This document shows positions 40,312 through 53,700 of a stretch of 64,000 bases of DNA, piece after piece. Position numbers and translations under genes: made by a program. The DNA is taken from positions 1 through 64,000 of the forward strand of contig JAHLWZ010000386.1 in the NCBI GenBank assembly GCA_020536535.1. Reading direction: 5' to 3'. The notes under the pieces are model-generated. The model ran no database searches, was not told the origin of the DNA, and worked only from the letters and a program-made list of their open reading frames with translations. This DNA is from Pelomyxa schiedti. Lineage: Eukaryota > Protista > Evosea. Within the stretch, counting starts at the first letter, position 1; each line of letters opens with the position of its first letter.

Positions 40312-43300
40312 TCAGGATAGGTTACAGTGCAAGTCCGGGATTTTTTTCCCAGGCCGGTTGTATATCTCTTGTTCCACTAGCTGATACTTCTTGAATCTGC
40401 GTGGATTGTACCTTCTGGTGTTGCCAAAGAGTGCTGGTATCCAGTTCCTTACAGTCAGTTCATATAGAATTGTGATGAAGAATCCGGCCGCTGCAATGGC
40501 CACCATGATGTAGCGGAATGTGGTTGGGATTGGGGGTGGATTCTCGCCGGTGTTTATAAGAGAACTTCCAAGTGAGGAAAGGAGAGCGGAGAGTGAGGAG
40601 GGAATGTCCCCGTAGGGAAGGTCAAAGAGGGAACACAGCCAATCGAAGTTCTGGAAGAGGAGGAAGAGGTTCAGGGCAACGCAGAAGACCAGTCCTCCAA
40701 TGAGGTAGAGGTTGTAGATCGGTGGCATCATGAACGGCCACCCAAGTGACCACACCAGCGCCATAGTGGGAAACTCTAACGACCTGTAAAAAAGTTGAGT
40801 TTGGAGAACGGGAGGAAAAGGGAATCCACACGAGAAAAGTGAAACCACGGCTGTTGGATAGGTATTTAGGTATGTGGCCCCTTCGGGTACAATAGGAGCG
40901 ATCCACCAATTTTGCTCTTGTGCAAGTAGGAAACAACCAGCCATCAATCCAACTTGAATGGCAATAACACCAAGAAGGGAGGTAAGTACACTAGCACTGA
41001 CGAGATTAGAAGTGGGTCTGCGCTGTGACAGTTTCTTGCATGCAATAGTCTTACTCACTAGCAAAATAAGTGAGTCGTCAATCAAACATAGGAAAAAAAA
41101 TCATACTCCCAAAAGACAGCACGATAGTTAAACACAGATCTTGGTAAAGAAAATCCATGTCTGAGAGATTGCAGTAAAAGTAGTAAAGAAGAACCACATC
41201 AGAAAATTGTAGTAGAGCATAGCCGGCAATAAATTTGAATAAACCAAAAGCTGTGCATAGCGCACATCTGCCCTCGGACAGCAGAGTAAGAACAGGTTTT
41301 ATATTCGGTACGGTGCAGGTAAACGGCGCAGCAATTGAAGCCTCACTTTCAGAAAGGCTTAGACCAACCCGCGCAGCCTTTAATGCACCGCAATCATTTG
41401 TTCCATCTCCACACATTCCCTTCATACCACTTATGGATGAATAAAGAAGTAACGACGTACTGTAAAATATCCTATATCTTCAAAGCATTCCACAAGTTCC
41501 TTCTTCATATCTGGTTTCATCCTTGCAAACACTTGACCACGTACAAGTATTTTATCCAGCAGAGGACCTTTCTGCTGTAAGTAAAACTGAAAAGCATCTC
41601 CTGTCATTGCCAGTTGAAATAATTGGGTTCCATCTTTGGAGGCAAGTAAGTAGAGTTGGGCCAGTGATGTGAGTTTTAGTTGTACCTGAGGGTAGGAGGG
41701 TAAGAGGGTTCAGTGAGGCAGGGCCAGACTCCAATGGTGCCCATACCACATCACCTCCTCGTACTTCACCCAAAAAGATTGGGATATCTTTACGTAAAAT
41801 GCCACAAAGTTGTGCAACACATACTGCTGTTTGAAGATTATCTAGAGACAGAGAGTCATGGAAACGATAGATAGGATCAAGTGGACCATACCGCCTGTTG
41901 CCATAACGCTCCTGATTCTTGAACAAGCTAATTTTCGTATTGTTGGGGCACTCTCTGGTTTGAGAGGATTATTTAAAACAAGCAAGCCTTGAAATTCTAG
42001 GTCGTTTTCCACCAATTCTCTTGCCATTTTCTTTAATTGGTAAAAAAACCTGGAGAATAGAAAACGTCTCATACCATTGTGAACTGATCTTCTCGAAGAC
42101 ATTTACTTGCACAGGCAATTAACCTGTAGCCTTGTGATGCATATTGGGCTAATGTTTGTTCGAAGTCATCTGGAACTGTCTTTCTCTGGCAAAGGCGAAG
42201 AACTACCTCAGGGGCTCCTTTAGCCACTACCAATAGTTGGGTGGACGTGTGCTCTGGATGTGTTCCTCGAGCCACAACAACTTGTCGCTGCAGCGTTGGT
42301 GAAAACTCAAATCGCTTCAACACGGACAGAGATGAGAATAAGTGAGATTTTCCCTCTTGTGGATGAAGCACTGTGGTCATTCCACGAGTATGACCATCAC
42401 CATCAAATACTTCACTCATTTTCCATCCGATAAACTGCACCATCTTCACATCCAAGGGGTCTCCAATAAGTTGTTTTCCCAACAGCCCAAGGGAATGGCA
42501 GCATGTCAAAGTTGCAGTCATTCCAGGGCTCAACAAAGACGTGTCAGTAACAGGCTGTCCCATATGTGGCGGGGTCCCAGTGGGTGAAAGGTAATCAGTG
42601 TAGTCACCATCTAGAGGTAGGGAAGGGATTACGCCTACCACTTCTAGTCCATCCTCCTGAATTAAAAAAGATGTCACAAAAGAATAATCAATAAAACTTG
42701 GCCTTACAGTGAGAGTTCCGGTTTTGTCAAACGTCATCAGTTGGACCTTGCCAGCTTCATTCACTCGTTTTGGGCTTGTGCAAAAAATATGCTCCTTTGT
42801 TAACCTGCTGAGTGCATTGAGTGTCCCTATAGTAAGCGCTAGAGGTAAAGCAGGGGGGACAATTATTGTGACAAGGTCCAACCCTCGAATGATAATCTGA
42901 AGGAAAGATCAAATAAAATGCCAACAACAGTAAAAACAAACTGTGGACGCATCAGCTCCATGGATGAAGTAGAGGTAGAAACTATAAATAAAGCCACCCA
43001 GAGAGATGAGAAATAATATTCCAATGTATTTGAGTGAATCGGTCTGAAATGTAAATCGAGTTGGTGGGGGATGCAATATGGACTGCATAAGCAACCCCTT
43101 GCTTGTGGAGTAACCAGTCCGTATTACTAATCCAATTGCGAACTCTTTCACCCTTTTTGCACATAGCAGGGTAGTTCCTCCATAAATGGTATACTTACTC
43201 ATACTGTCAGGGTTGTAGTTTTCTGCCTCATCCTAAGGGAAGTTGGAGAGCAATAATAACTTAGGGAAGGTGAAGTACGAAAATTGGAAGTGGGGACTTG

Positions 43301-44703
43301 AGGACAGGAGTGGATTCCCCTGTTAGAGAGCCTTCATTCATGATTGCATACCCCGAGAGCAACAATAAATCGCATGGCAAAACAGGTGTATCTTCACTCA
43401 AACTGATTAAATCCCCAGGCAAGATAGCAGAACTGTCAACTGTCTCTTCTTGAAAATGGTAGTCATTGGTAATGACACCTGAAGCAGTATCCATGAGTTT
43501 CTTCGATGTCAACTTGGTTACACTGAAATTGCAAGTGACCATGCGCACAAATTTGTTCATATTGACACGTATTTGGTACATATTTGCAAAAGCTGAAGAA
43601 AGTGAAGCAACTAAGATGAACATGCTGTAGAGGTAGTATTCCTCAAAAAACCATAAAACACAAGAGAACATTTGAAAGACGAAGAATGGATGTAACATCT
43701 CATCAACAAAAAGTCGGGGAATCGACTTCATTGGAATTTCAATTTGGCATGGACCATAGATGTGGGTATTTTGATAGATATCAACTGAAGTTCTAGTTAT
43801 GACAGGAAGATTTCTGTGCACAGTGGAAAAAGGAAAATTGACATTATATTCCACCCTTTCAAACTTGTCTGTCTTTTTAAGGTCAAAGGTTGGGTCTAAG
43901 AACAAAGAAAGCACACCTACCTCAAAATTGAAGAGGTACCTAAAGCACCTAAAGATGGCCAATCTGAGAGGTTGCGCTTCAGAAGAATCCTCAGAAGATT
44001 TCGGCACCACTCGAACATGAGCTATCTTTGGTATCTTCTCTCCATCAACTCCCCACACAAGCAGTGTTGTAGCCTCACTTAGTTCACATCGAATTGAAGT
44101 CAACCTCACAAACACAGCAGGGAACCACCAGCACACCAGAGGCAATATACCAACTGTACAAACTGAGCACTTTTTTTGACAAAGTTGGGTGAGAACTTCA
44201 TGTAACATATATAGTGCAAGAGAAGGAAATAAGCATACGAGTACAAACAGAACCATAAGTGGGGTGCATCGCCTGTACCCAGTGGCGTCCGCGAGCTCGT
44301 TGACCCAGTTGGACGAGGAGGCTCCGCGGGGGCCCCCCGCCGGGGCAACAGGGCGGGCCGCGGACGTCAGGCCCACGGCCCCGTAGCTGGGTGCGCGGGC
44401 GCGCCCGGCGGCTGCGGGCGGCGGCGAAGGAGACTGGGAGGACTCGGCCGAGTCGCTGTCTGTGCCTGCACCTGCGCCTGCGCCTGCACCTGCACCTCCC
44501 CCACGGTGGTGGCGGTGGCGTGGGGGCCGGCTGCGGTGCCCGCGGTGGGAGCGACGCGGGGGGGGCTCGGCGGACAGCAGGGCCGTTCTCTCGCCCTCGG
44601 AGGATGACGAGGATGAGGGCTGCGGGTCATTGGGGTCGCTCCCTGCTGCATGTGGGGCAACTTCGTCCTTGCTTGGCTTCTTGCGTGACTTGATCGCCAA
44701 CAT
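40312..44703 (-). CDS. P5B-type ATPase (ATP13A family; putative polyamine transporter), multi-exon
   Basis: HPFFVFQ, LTGESTPVLK, PPALP, FDKTGTLT, KGAPE, MCGDGTNDCGALKAA and EASIAAPFT. Confidence 0.95.
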
Positions 44704-45003
44704 GACACAAGATTTTGAACTTGGTGAAAAAGAAGGAGGAAATTGTTTGGTGTTGTGATGGAGGAAGCGAGGGTGGGAGAGCGGACAACCAAAACGATCA
44801 GATGTTTGCAGTTCCAGCACTGCAACAACTCTACAGGCACCCTCCACAATGTTGGTGGTTCAGACTAGAGAATCAAAAAAAAAAACAATCAGATGATGCC
44901 GCATGTTGAGAAAGGTTCGTGTAGTGGTTTTGTGAAAGTAAGAACTTTTTCGCGGATGAAAGCTGTGCAATGAAGGGTCCTCAACATACAGTAGGTTTTC
45001 TTC

Positions 45004-48000
45004 TTAATCAATATAATCTCCTGTTAGAGTTGCACCCCCTCTTGCCTCTGCTCTCTGAAAAAGTGTCACTGCTTTGTTCATATCCTTGTCAACACCATTG
45101 CCATATTGGTAACACACACCAAGTTTGCACATTGCAATAGTGTCACCGGCCTCAGCAGCCCGCTGATAAAGTGTCACTGCCTTGTTCATATCCTTGTAAA
45201 CACCATTGCCATATTGGTAACACACACCAAGTTTGCACATTGCCATCGTGTTACCAGCGGCAGCAGCCCTCTGATAAAGTGTCACTGCCTTGTTCATATC
45301 CTTGTAAACACCCTCGCCATTTTGATAACACACACCAAGTTTACACATTGCCATGGCGTTACCGGCATCAGCAGCTCTCTGATAAAGTGTCACTGCCTGG
45401 TTCATATCCGTGTCAACACCATTGCCATATTTGTAACACGCACCAAGTTTACACATTGCCATCGTGTTACCAGCATAAGCAGCCCTCCGATACAGTGTCA
45501 CTGCTTGATTGATATCCTTGTCAACACCATTGCCATATTGATAACACACACCAAGGTTGCACATTGCCATCGTGTAACCGGCATCAGCAGCTCGCTGATA
45601 AAATGTCACTGCCTTGTTCATATCCTTGTCAACACCATTGCCATATTGATAACACGCACCAAGGTTGCACATTGCCATGGCGTTACCGGCATCAGCAGCC
45701 CGCTGATAAAGTGTCACTGCCTTGTTCATATCCTTGTCAACACCATTGCCATTATAATAACAAACACCAAGTTTGCACATTGCCATCGTGTTACCAGCGG
45801 CGGCAGCTCTCTGATAAAGTGTCACTGCCTTGTTCATATCCTTATCAACACCATTGCCATATTGATAACACACACCAAGGTTGCACATTGCCATGGCGTT
45901 ACCGGCATCAGCAGCTCGCTGATAAAGGTTCACTGCCTTGTTAATGTACTTGCCACTGTAACCATTCTCAGCATCCTGTTCAACACACGTGTGCAACGGT
46001 CCCTCACTTCCTGTGTTGAGAAGGATCGCGAGAAAGTCACCAATAGGTTTGATGGAATATGCCGGTACAGAGCTATGTGGTCATTTATGACACAACGGAG
46101 AAAATAAAGGAACAGAAGTCCAGGTAGGTACAGGCACTGTTTGGGTTCGTCATGATAGTTCTCCCAATCTTTGTTTTGGAGGTTCATTTCACACTCAAAC
46201 GAGGTGGCTGCCTCCGAAACAAGGCCAAGGGCACAGTCTATGTTTCCCATTTCCAACTGGCCAAGTGCTTCCACCATCATCTCGTTTCGTGAATAAACGA
46301 CGAGCCTCAAAAAAAGCGAGGTTGGGGATGATAATGGAGTTGCTAGGAGCCGTTGTCGCTGAGTTTCTGCTGTGGGCATCGTCTTAAGAAGCAACTGGGT
46401 GATCTCGCGGAAATTTTCATCATCATGAGATATGTGCCTCATCCACAGTGCTTTCAACACAAGTTCGGGGAGTGTTGTTCTGTGCCGATTGCTGACTATA
46501 GCTCTCACGAAATCCACGTCTGTTGTTGAGAACGAGGCCTGTTTCCCTGTGAGGGCTGTGCGGATTCCTTGTTGGCATGTGGAAGAGAATGAAGAGGTAG
46601 GGTGGTTATTAACGGCGGAGCAACAGTTAATATAATGAAGAAGCAACAAAGCTGGTGAAAATAAGAACTCGACTTCCAGTGCTTGTTGAAGAGTGTACTC
46701 ACAGGCAGCTGCTGGAGCACCAGACAGGATTTCACACGCGGCCTTCATTGTCAGTGATTCTGTTTGAGATGTGAAAATGTTTGTTTTATCTTGTCAGTCC
46801 CGACCTGCATCATTTCTCACAGGCAGAATGTAACTGTAAAGCGAGGCCAGTTGATATGGATATGGTGACTCAAGGTTTTCTAGCAAGTGCGCAGCCTCTA
46901 AAAGAGGCATCCTTTTTTCAGGGTCAAGCTGAAGCAACGCACGAACCAGGTTGCAGAACGCTTTTGGGAAGGCTGGTGGTTGCATGGGGAACTGCTCCTC
47001 ACTATCGAATGAAAATGTGATGTGCCCACTTGGGCCATAACCGCCAGGGTATCCAGGCAAGGGGTGTTCCCCACACATCGCCAGTTCAAACAAAATGCAT
47101 CCAAGTTCAAAGGACGGTTGCTGTTTGCATGGGAGTCAGTAGGCAAGACAGTATTTTTGCTTTTGCACCTTGTCACAGCGTAACATCGAGCCATGGTTAG
47201 GGTTCTGTGTGAATAGTGCAATTCCATTGAGGAACTCCGGTGCTCTGTGGCTCTGATTTCCCAGGGCTCCAACGAGACACACAGTTTCCCTCTCAAACGA
47301 CTTATTGCTTGTTGCTGGGAATTTCATTGCACAACCGAGATCAATCAAAATTGCCTGCTCTTTGTTCTGTTCATTTTTAGTTTCGTTCTGTTTTGTTTTG
47401 TTTAACATACCGATGAGATGACAATGTTGTTCAGCTTCATGTCAAAGTGAATTGTTTGATTCACAAAGAGATGAACTAGAGCGGCACATATATCCCTTGA
47501 ATACTTGTGAACAATGGGCCACGGTGTTGTTGTTGTTGGGAGAGGATTAGGGGTTGTTCTGAGGTCTTTCAGAAACTGCTCGAGTGTCTCGGAGTGATGC
47601 TCCAGCACAACCCAAATACACGCATGCATTCGCATATGCACAGCGTCATATGCTAACCCCTTTGCCACAGCAGGGAGGTGGTCGTAATACTCTTGTGGGA
47701 TGCGATCGGTGAAGTGACAGAAATAGTGGTTTATGTTCGGGTGTGGGTCCAACGTGGAGGAAATGAGGTACTCATTCTGAATGGAAGGAAACGCCAGTGT
47801 CAAATTTATGCAAGTTAACTCAGAGGGCAAGATCAACAAACAGCACACCTCAAACTCATTTTGCACCCTCGTTGTGCTGACTCCGTAGTTGAAAGGCACC
47901 TTGAGGACATAAGACTGGTCCCTGAACAAGGCAGGGTGCCCCTCCCCGATGCACTTGGCCTCGTACACGATCCCTGGACAGCCACCCAACCATCCCATAA

Positions 48001-48306
48001 GTGGCGCGAAAGAGAAGAAGGGAAGGAAACCAGTTCCGTACCGTTGCCGCCGTGTGCGATGGGCTTGACAAGCCTGAAGTTCCTGGCGACGACGACGCTG
48101 GCCGACGCGCGGTGCACGTCGCCCACCGATGCGGACTGCGCCATGGCCTCGAAGAACGCCGCGCGGTCGTCGATGGCGCGCCGCAGCGCCTCGTGCCCGA
48201 CCACCCTGGGTCGTCTATCTCGAGCCCCCTCGCCACTCGCGGCGCAGCTGACACCGCTGGTTCCGCTAATATTCGGCAACGTTGCTGTGGGAGTCGCAGC
48301 GGCCAT
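45004..48306 (-). CDS. Protein kinase domain plus helical linker plus C-terminal Sel1-like repeats (multi-exon)
   Basis: Kinase motifs GGNG, YVLK, HPNI, HFDMKLNN, DLG and RAPE. Sel1 units AMCNLGVCYQYGNGVDKDMNKAVTLYQRAADAG. A plausible 32-nt GTGAG..CAG intron near 45975-46006 joins the frames. Confidence 0.85.
45040..45945 (-). repeat. About 8 near-identical 108-nt tandem repeats encoding 36-aa Sel1-like units
   Basis: 'gtcactgccttgttcatatccttg' recurs at 108-nt spacing on the + strand. Confidence 0.95.
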
Positions 48307-48451
48307 CCCCGAAAAGACGAAACAAACTTGGGGCACCACTTTCCTTGAAACACGAATGGCAACAGACGACCGCTACTACATTGTGGGTGTTGACTGGACA
48401 ACGTAGTTTGTGTGTTGCTTCTATTGTTGTTGAAGTCGTAGTTTCGACAAG

Positions 48452-49245
48452 ATGGCCAATACTGTTTATAAACAGGTGGTGCTTGGTAGCCAGGGCGTTG
48501 GGAAGTCGTCGATCACAATCCGCTTTGTGAATCACTTATGGGTTGATCGCTATGACCCTTCGTTGCTCGACACATTCGTATTTGCTTCCTCTTCCTCCCA
48601 TCATTTATTTATTCCTGCGCTCATGCCAGCCTCCCACTGTCCCTGCAACTCAACCCTTTTCGTACCTCCAGGAAACCACAGCACTGGTGGATGGAAGAAA
48701 AAGAACCATGCAGATAGTTGATACTGCCCCTTGTGAGTGCTTTGTTGCGATGTCTGATGGTGACCCACTCGATCCTTACATTGGAGTATGGCCGAGAGTT
48801 ATATCCTATTCCCCAAGTTCTCTAACAACAAACCCAAAATATGGAGAGGAGACGGCTTCGTGATGGTGTACAGTGTTTTATCTGAGACTTCTTTTTCTGA
48901 CCTTAATGACACATACGAATCCCTGCTGGGGAAAAAAGACACTGTTCACCTTCCGTGTGTACTTGTGGCCAACAAGGTATTCCAACCATGTTTTGTTCCT
49001 ATAAAACGAAGTCATCAATGTCAATGTCACAGTGTGACCAGCTGGATCGCAAAGTGACAAAAGTACAAGGTGAACAACTCCTTGGCAAGTGGAGAGGCAA
49101 CAATTTTCTCTTCCCATCTTTGATTGAGGCAAGTGCACTCAGGGACATTTCAATTGGAGAAATTTTCTCCTCAATCATTAGAATGATAGACAAAAGGCGT
49201 GCTCCCCACACAAAAAAGAGTGAAGATAATTGTATATTGATGTAA
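48452..49245 (+). CDS. Divergent Ras-family small GTPase with CAAX (multi-exon)
   Basis: G1 GSQGVGKS, effector region YDPSLLD, atypical G3 DTAP, G4 ANK, G5 EASA and C-terminal CILM. Confidence 0.88.
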
Positions 49246-49275
49246 AAAAAAGATGTAAGAATGGTCTTTTCTATT

Positions 49276-50359
49276 TTAGTGTGTAATTCTGGCCAATACT
49301 GTTTCACCAGCATACACATAATCACCTACTTTGACGCAGGGCTCAATTTTTTCAGTACCAACAGTCACAGGGAAGAGCATATCCACTTGTGATCCAAATC
49401 TGATGGTGCCATATCTGTCTCCTTGAGAAATGGCATCCCCAATGTTTTTGGATATCATTATCTTGTTAACTTCTGCGTCTGCAATTTGTGTGACAAATAC
49501 TCTCAGAGGGGTCTCATCTGGTTGTCCTTCTTTTTCAAAGAGAGCTGTCAAACGCTCGTTCTGAGTCAGGTACCCTGCTACTTCAGGTGCATACAAATCT
49601 TTCTTCTTGAGCCACAGGGCTCTCTTGAGGATACCCCCCATGGTGCGGTTGAATTGCGCTCTTTTGTAGAATATTTTCCGGACTATTCCAGTGATTGGCG
49701 ACCTCTGAACATGCACACTGTATGGGTTCATGAAAATTCCAACGAGAATCCAGTCAGTCTTTGGCAGAGCTGCGCCAGTCTCCCTGTTCATCGCCATGAT
49801 TTCAGTCAGCAGTATCTCCTTCCTCTCCTTTACAGCCATTGGCACCACCCCGTCCTTCACCGGCTTTATGTACATCACCCTCCCATCAGCGGGGCACATC
49901 AGGGCGTTGGGATCGGGCCTTATGTTCCTGTCCGGGTCCCTGTCAAACAGCACTTTGCACACAAATGCCCTGTGGAACCTCCAGAGTCCCCACCACATAA
50001 GCAATTCCAGCGGGATTGAGAGGATCCAGTGGCGGCATACAGATGGCGTGAAAACAACGAGGTGTGGGTCGTGCTTGAAATACAGTCCCCAAGCAGTCAA
50101 AATCACAGAAACCGGCAGGCACCCCTTCGTGTCACAAATCAGTATTTGTGTACACACAACGTCAATCACGCGATAACAGATGGTAGTGATAAAGATTTTG
50201 GTTTTTTTTTTTTTTTTTATGGCTGAAGTTGGGGAGGAAAAAAATGCTACGCACGGTGAGGAACATCGTGCACTCAGAACAGAAGATGAGAGGGAAAATC
50301 CCCTGGAAAATCATGAACGAAATAGACAGTACATTGAGAGCCGCAACACCTATCCCCAT
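49276..50359 (-). CDS. psd: Phosphatidylserine decarboxylase proenzyme, prokaryotic PSD-A-like, with N-terminal TM helices
   Basis: FDRDPDR, CPADGRV, IFMNPYSVHVQRSPITG, QNER, QIA and the self-cleavage motif RFGSQVD followed by VYAGET. One intron near the 5' end. Confidence 0.88.
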
Positions 50360-50764
50360 CTTGTTTTTTCCTTTTATTCTTTTCTTCGAAGAGCCAATAT
50401 TTTGATGACCGACCATCTCATCTGTCTGTGCAGGAACGAGAAACCCCTGTCTGTAGGCCGTTTCAGAACCCACATCCAGCAGACCTAAACCACACTCACC
50501 CAAACTGGACCAGATCGGCTATAGTTCTATCAGCAGTCACAGTGACATCACCACACACTGTTTAGAACTATCCTAAAGGATTAGAAGTTATAGAAATATA
50601 AGAGAGAACGATCTTTGTTCGCTCTACCGACTTCGCTTTTGACATCTTTCAGGGTTTGTCTTACATGTCCTACAAGGTCTTACTCCCCAATAAAAGAAAA
50701 AAAGAAAACTAGACAGTGAACTTGCCATAAGTGAGATTGCTGGGTTATGAGTGAGGGGAGTTGC

Positions 50765-53700
50765 TTATGAAACAGGCTGTTTGCTTAGGTGGATTGGTGA
50801 GGTCGTTTTAAACTCCTGGTTGAACTGCTGCTTGTTGTACTTGCACTTGTACTTGTTATTTGTTGAATGGACCACCACCACCGGCTCTTTTGTTGAAGAC
50901 GACCTGCTTGTTGACTCCACTATGTCTGCTTCTTTTGTACTTGACACTCTACTCTTTTGGACCACACCTTTTTGTTCTTGTTCTAATGAATATATTAGAT
51001 TTACTGACACAGAACAGACACTAAACTCTTGAGACAAAGTTGTACTCCAACTGATTTCATTTTCAGATTACTTTTCTTACTGGATTTGCTTTGCCGCACA
51101 AGCACAAACAACAGACAGCACCAAACAACTTCGAACCACCAGTCCGAAAACAACCATGTGAAACAGAAATTCTGCCCTCAAAACCATTCTTTCTTGTTCT
51201 CTTGTATCTGGTGTGCTTTTTGTGGACACGATGATGATTACGGGTATTCGGGAAACAGGTGGGTTTTTTGTTTAAGTAAAAATCCTCCTATGTACAGTAT
51301 TATTCAACGAGTGGGGTTTGGGCCATCCTCTGTCAATGTCAAGTGCCACCCAAGTACCACTTTCCTGACACAAGTACATCATCCACAGAAGGATGTTCTA
51401 TTTGCGTAATTGATTTGGTTTGTTAGTGGTACGAAACTCTTCAGAAAACTCCACAATCAACAAACAAATAGAAGGGAAAAACCGCCATGGGAAGTGTGAG
51501 CATACCCCAAGACCAAAGTATCTTCGTCTTGATAGGACCCCATCTACACGAGTCACGGTGGAATAAACGGCAGTGTTTCCACCGTCTGTAGGCTGCCAAT
51601 TCGGCCTGGGCAGGTATTCCCTGATGTCTGGAGGGGAAAATAATGGTTACATCCTGTAGTGAATAAAATTTGTAGGAAGTTACCGGATTTGGGCATCAAG
51701 AGAGCACAAGGAACCTTCGAGGTCCACGCTCGGCACAAGTTGGGTGCTGAAACTGCCGTCGAGAGAAATTCCAGCCTGGAGAAGAAGCAGGTCAACTTCG
51801 GCACTTCCACTGAATATCTGACTTGGAATCAGAACACAAGTGGTAAATTTTTTTGCAACAACATACCATTTCTGCTTTGGGAACCACTTGAATCGAGGCA
51901 CTCAGGTTGCTGTCACATATTTGCCATCCGAGGTTCAAATTAAGGTTCAGGGAGGTTGAAAGTGTGAACGTGACAGGGAGGAAGGACACCCAGATTGTGT
52001 AACTGGTTGCTACTCCAGGGGAAATTGATGAAATAACTATTTCGAAGTTCGGTTACACACATTCATTTACGAAATAAATTAATTCTGTACCTGTGTCATG
52101 TTTCAAACAGTCCAAAACGCTGAATGAATGATGGAAAATCGTACAACCCCAAATTTTGACGAGCATGGAGTTTCCTTGTTCCATGGAATCAATCTTCGAG
52201 TATATTGCTTGTGCCTCAAACACCCCTTTCGTGTTTCCAAATAGAGTCGTTGATGAGAGAACGTCTGCAAAAACCTATCATTGAGGTTAAAGAACCGTGA
52301 CGAGGGCGGAAGAATCAACCGAGTAGTCAAAATTGGCTGTGCTGCAGTCAAAGTTTGTGCCAGCAGACAGTGTGACCCCAAAAACTGAACTTACAGCTGC
52401 TCCACCAAGCTTCACGCTCTTCTCATATGTATAGTTGTGTTTGAATTCTTACTCAGGAGTGAGAGTATACTCGAGAATCTTGGAATTTTACGTGGATTTG
52501 ACTGGCGAGTGACTCTGTAAGAACTGCTCTTCCGCGAATCCTCAAAGAAGCTGGGATTGGTTAGACATAATTCAGGTTTGTGTTTACAGGTATTGCATAC
52601 GTGAAGGCCCTCAGCACAGAGGGGTATTTGGATCGGAGTAATGTTTGCCAGGGAAGATCTCTTGAGTCCACTAAAGCTGAGTCGAAGTTGGCAAGTGCAT
52701 AAAGAAGGCACTCTGAAGCGTGGGATGAACGTGTCTTTTTCTGATACGCAGCATATTCCTTGGTTGATCTCCAGAGAAAAGAAACAAGTTGTTGAAGCAC
52801 CCTATGCTTCCTGTTTCAATGTTACTTGTGGTAAGCAGTGCGGGGGATAAAATCTTACAGATTGCCGTCATCGATGGTGCTGACCAATTTGGAATATGTC
52901 AGAAGTGATACACATTGTAAATAACCTTCATCCGCACACATCCCGTTATCACATGCATTCTGACTTTTATCATCAATCTTAGCGTTTCTGGAGAGTGCAT
53001 AAAGGAGATGGGCAGATGGAGAAGCAAGGTTGACAGCTGCTAAGGTGGCTTGGAGTTTACAGCTATCCACAGAACTCTCCAATCCATATCTGCAGTGAAA
53101 TAAGGAACTCAAAGAATTCCACTCGAATTGGGAGTGATTGTGAAGAATGCACTCTCAGCAAGAACCATAATGTCTTCATACCTTACTAAAAGAGACTCGC
53201 AGTTGGCCAGTGCTGCAACGGCAAACAAACGGGACTGCATTTCTGGAATTGAAGAGGCGATTTTGAAATAGCCCTCCCAGTCACGGACACTCTCAGGGAA
53301 ATTCTGGATTCTAATTAGAAGCCTCTGGCGGGGGGAAGGGACTACTCTGAGGTGAAGAGCTGCTCTCTGTGCAGTCTTCAGAGAAAATCTCTTTTCCTCC
53401 ATAAGTTCATTCAGGGCATTTCTGTCAGATGTAGGTTGTGTCCTCATTGGTACGATATGCAGTCCTAGTGAAGATTCCGTGTACTCCCCCAGGTTGAGAT
53501 GTATTTCATGAGGGTGAAGTTGCATAGTTGGAGTAGGCGTAAAGGATATCAGACGTAAATCGACTTTGCCAGTGGCACTCATCTCCAGATTCATGTGGGG
53601 TGGACTGTCTATTCCATTCATTTCACTCAGTGGTTCTGTGCGATCACTGTTTGCCTCGGATTGACTGGAATTCAAACCTTTAGCCAGCAGTGTAGCAGTT

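Noticed and set aside
45040-45945. CRISPR-like periodic repeat
   Set aside because: Contiguous 108-nt coding units with no unique spacers; they encode Sel1 repeats in a eukaryotic gene.
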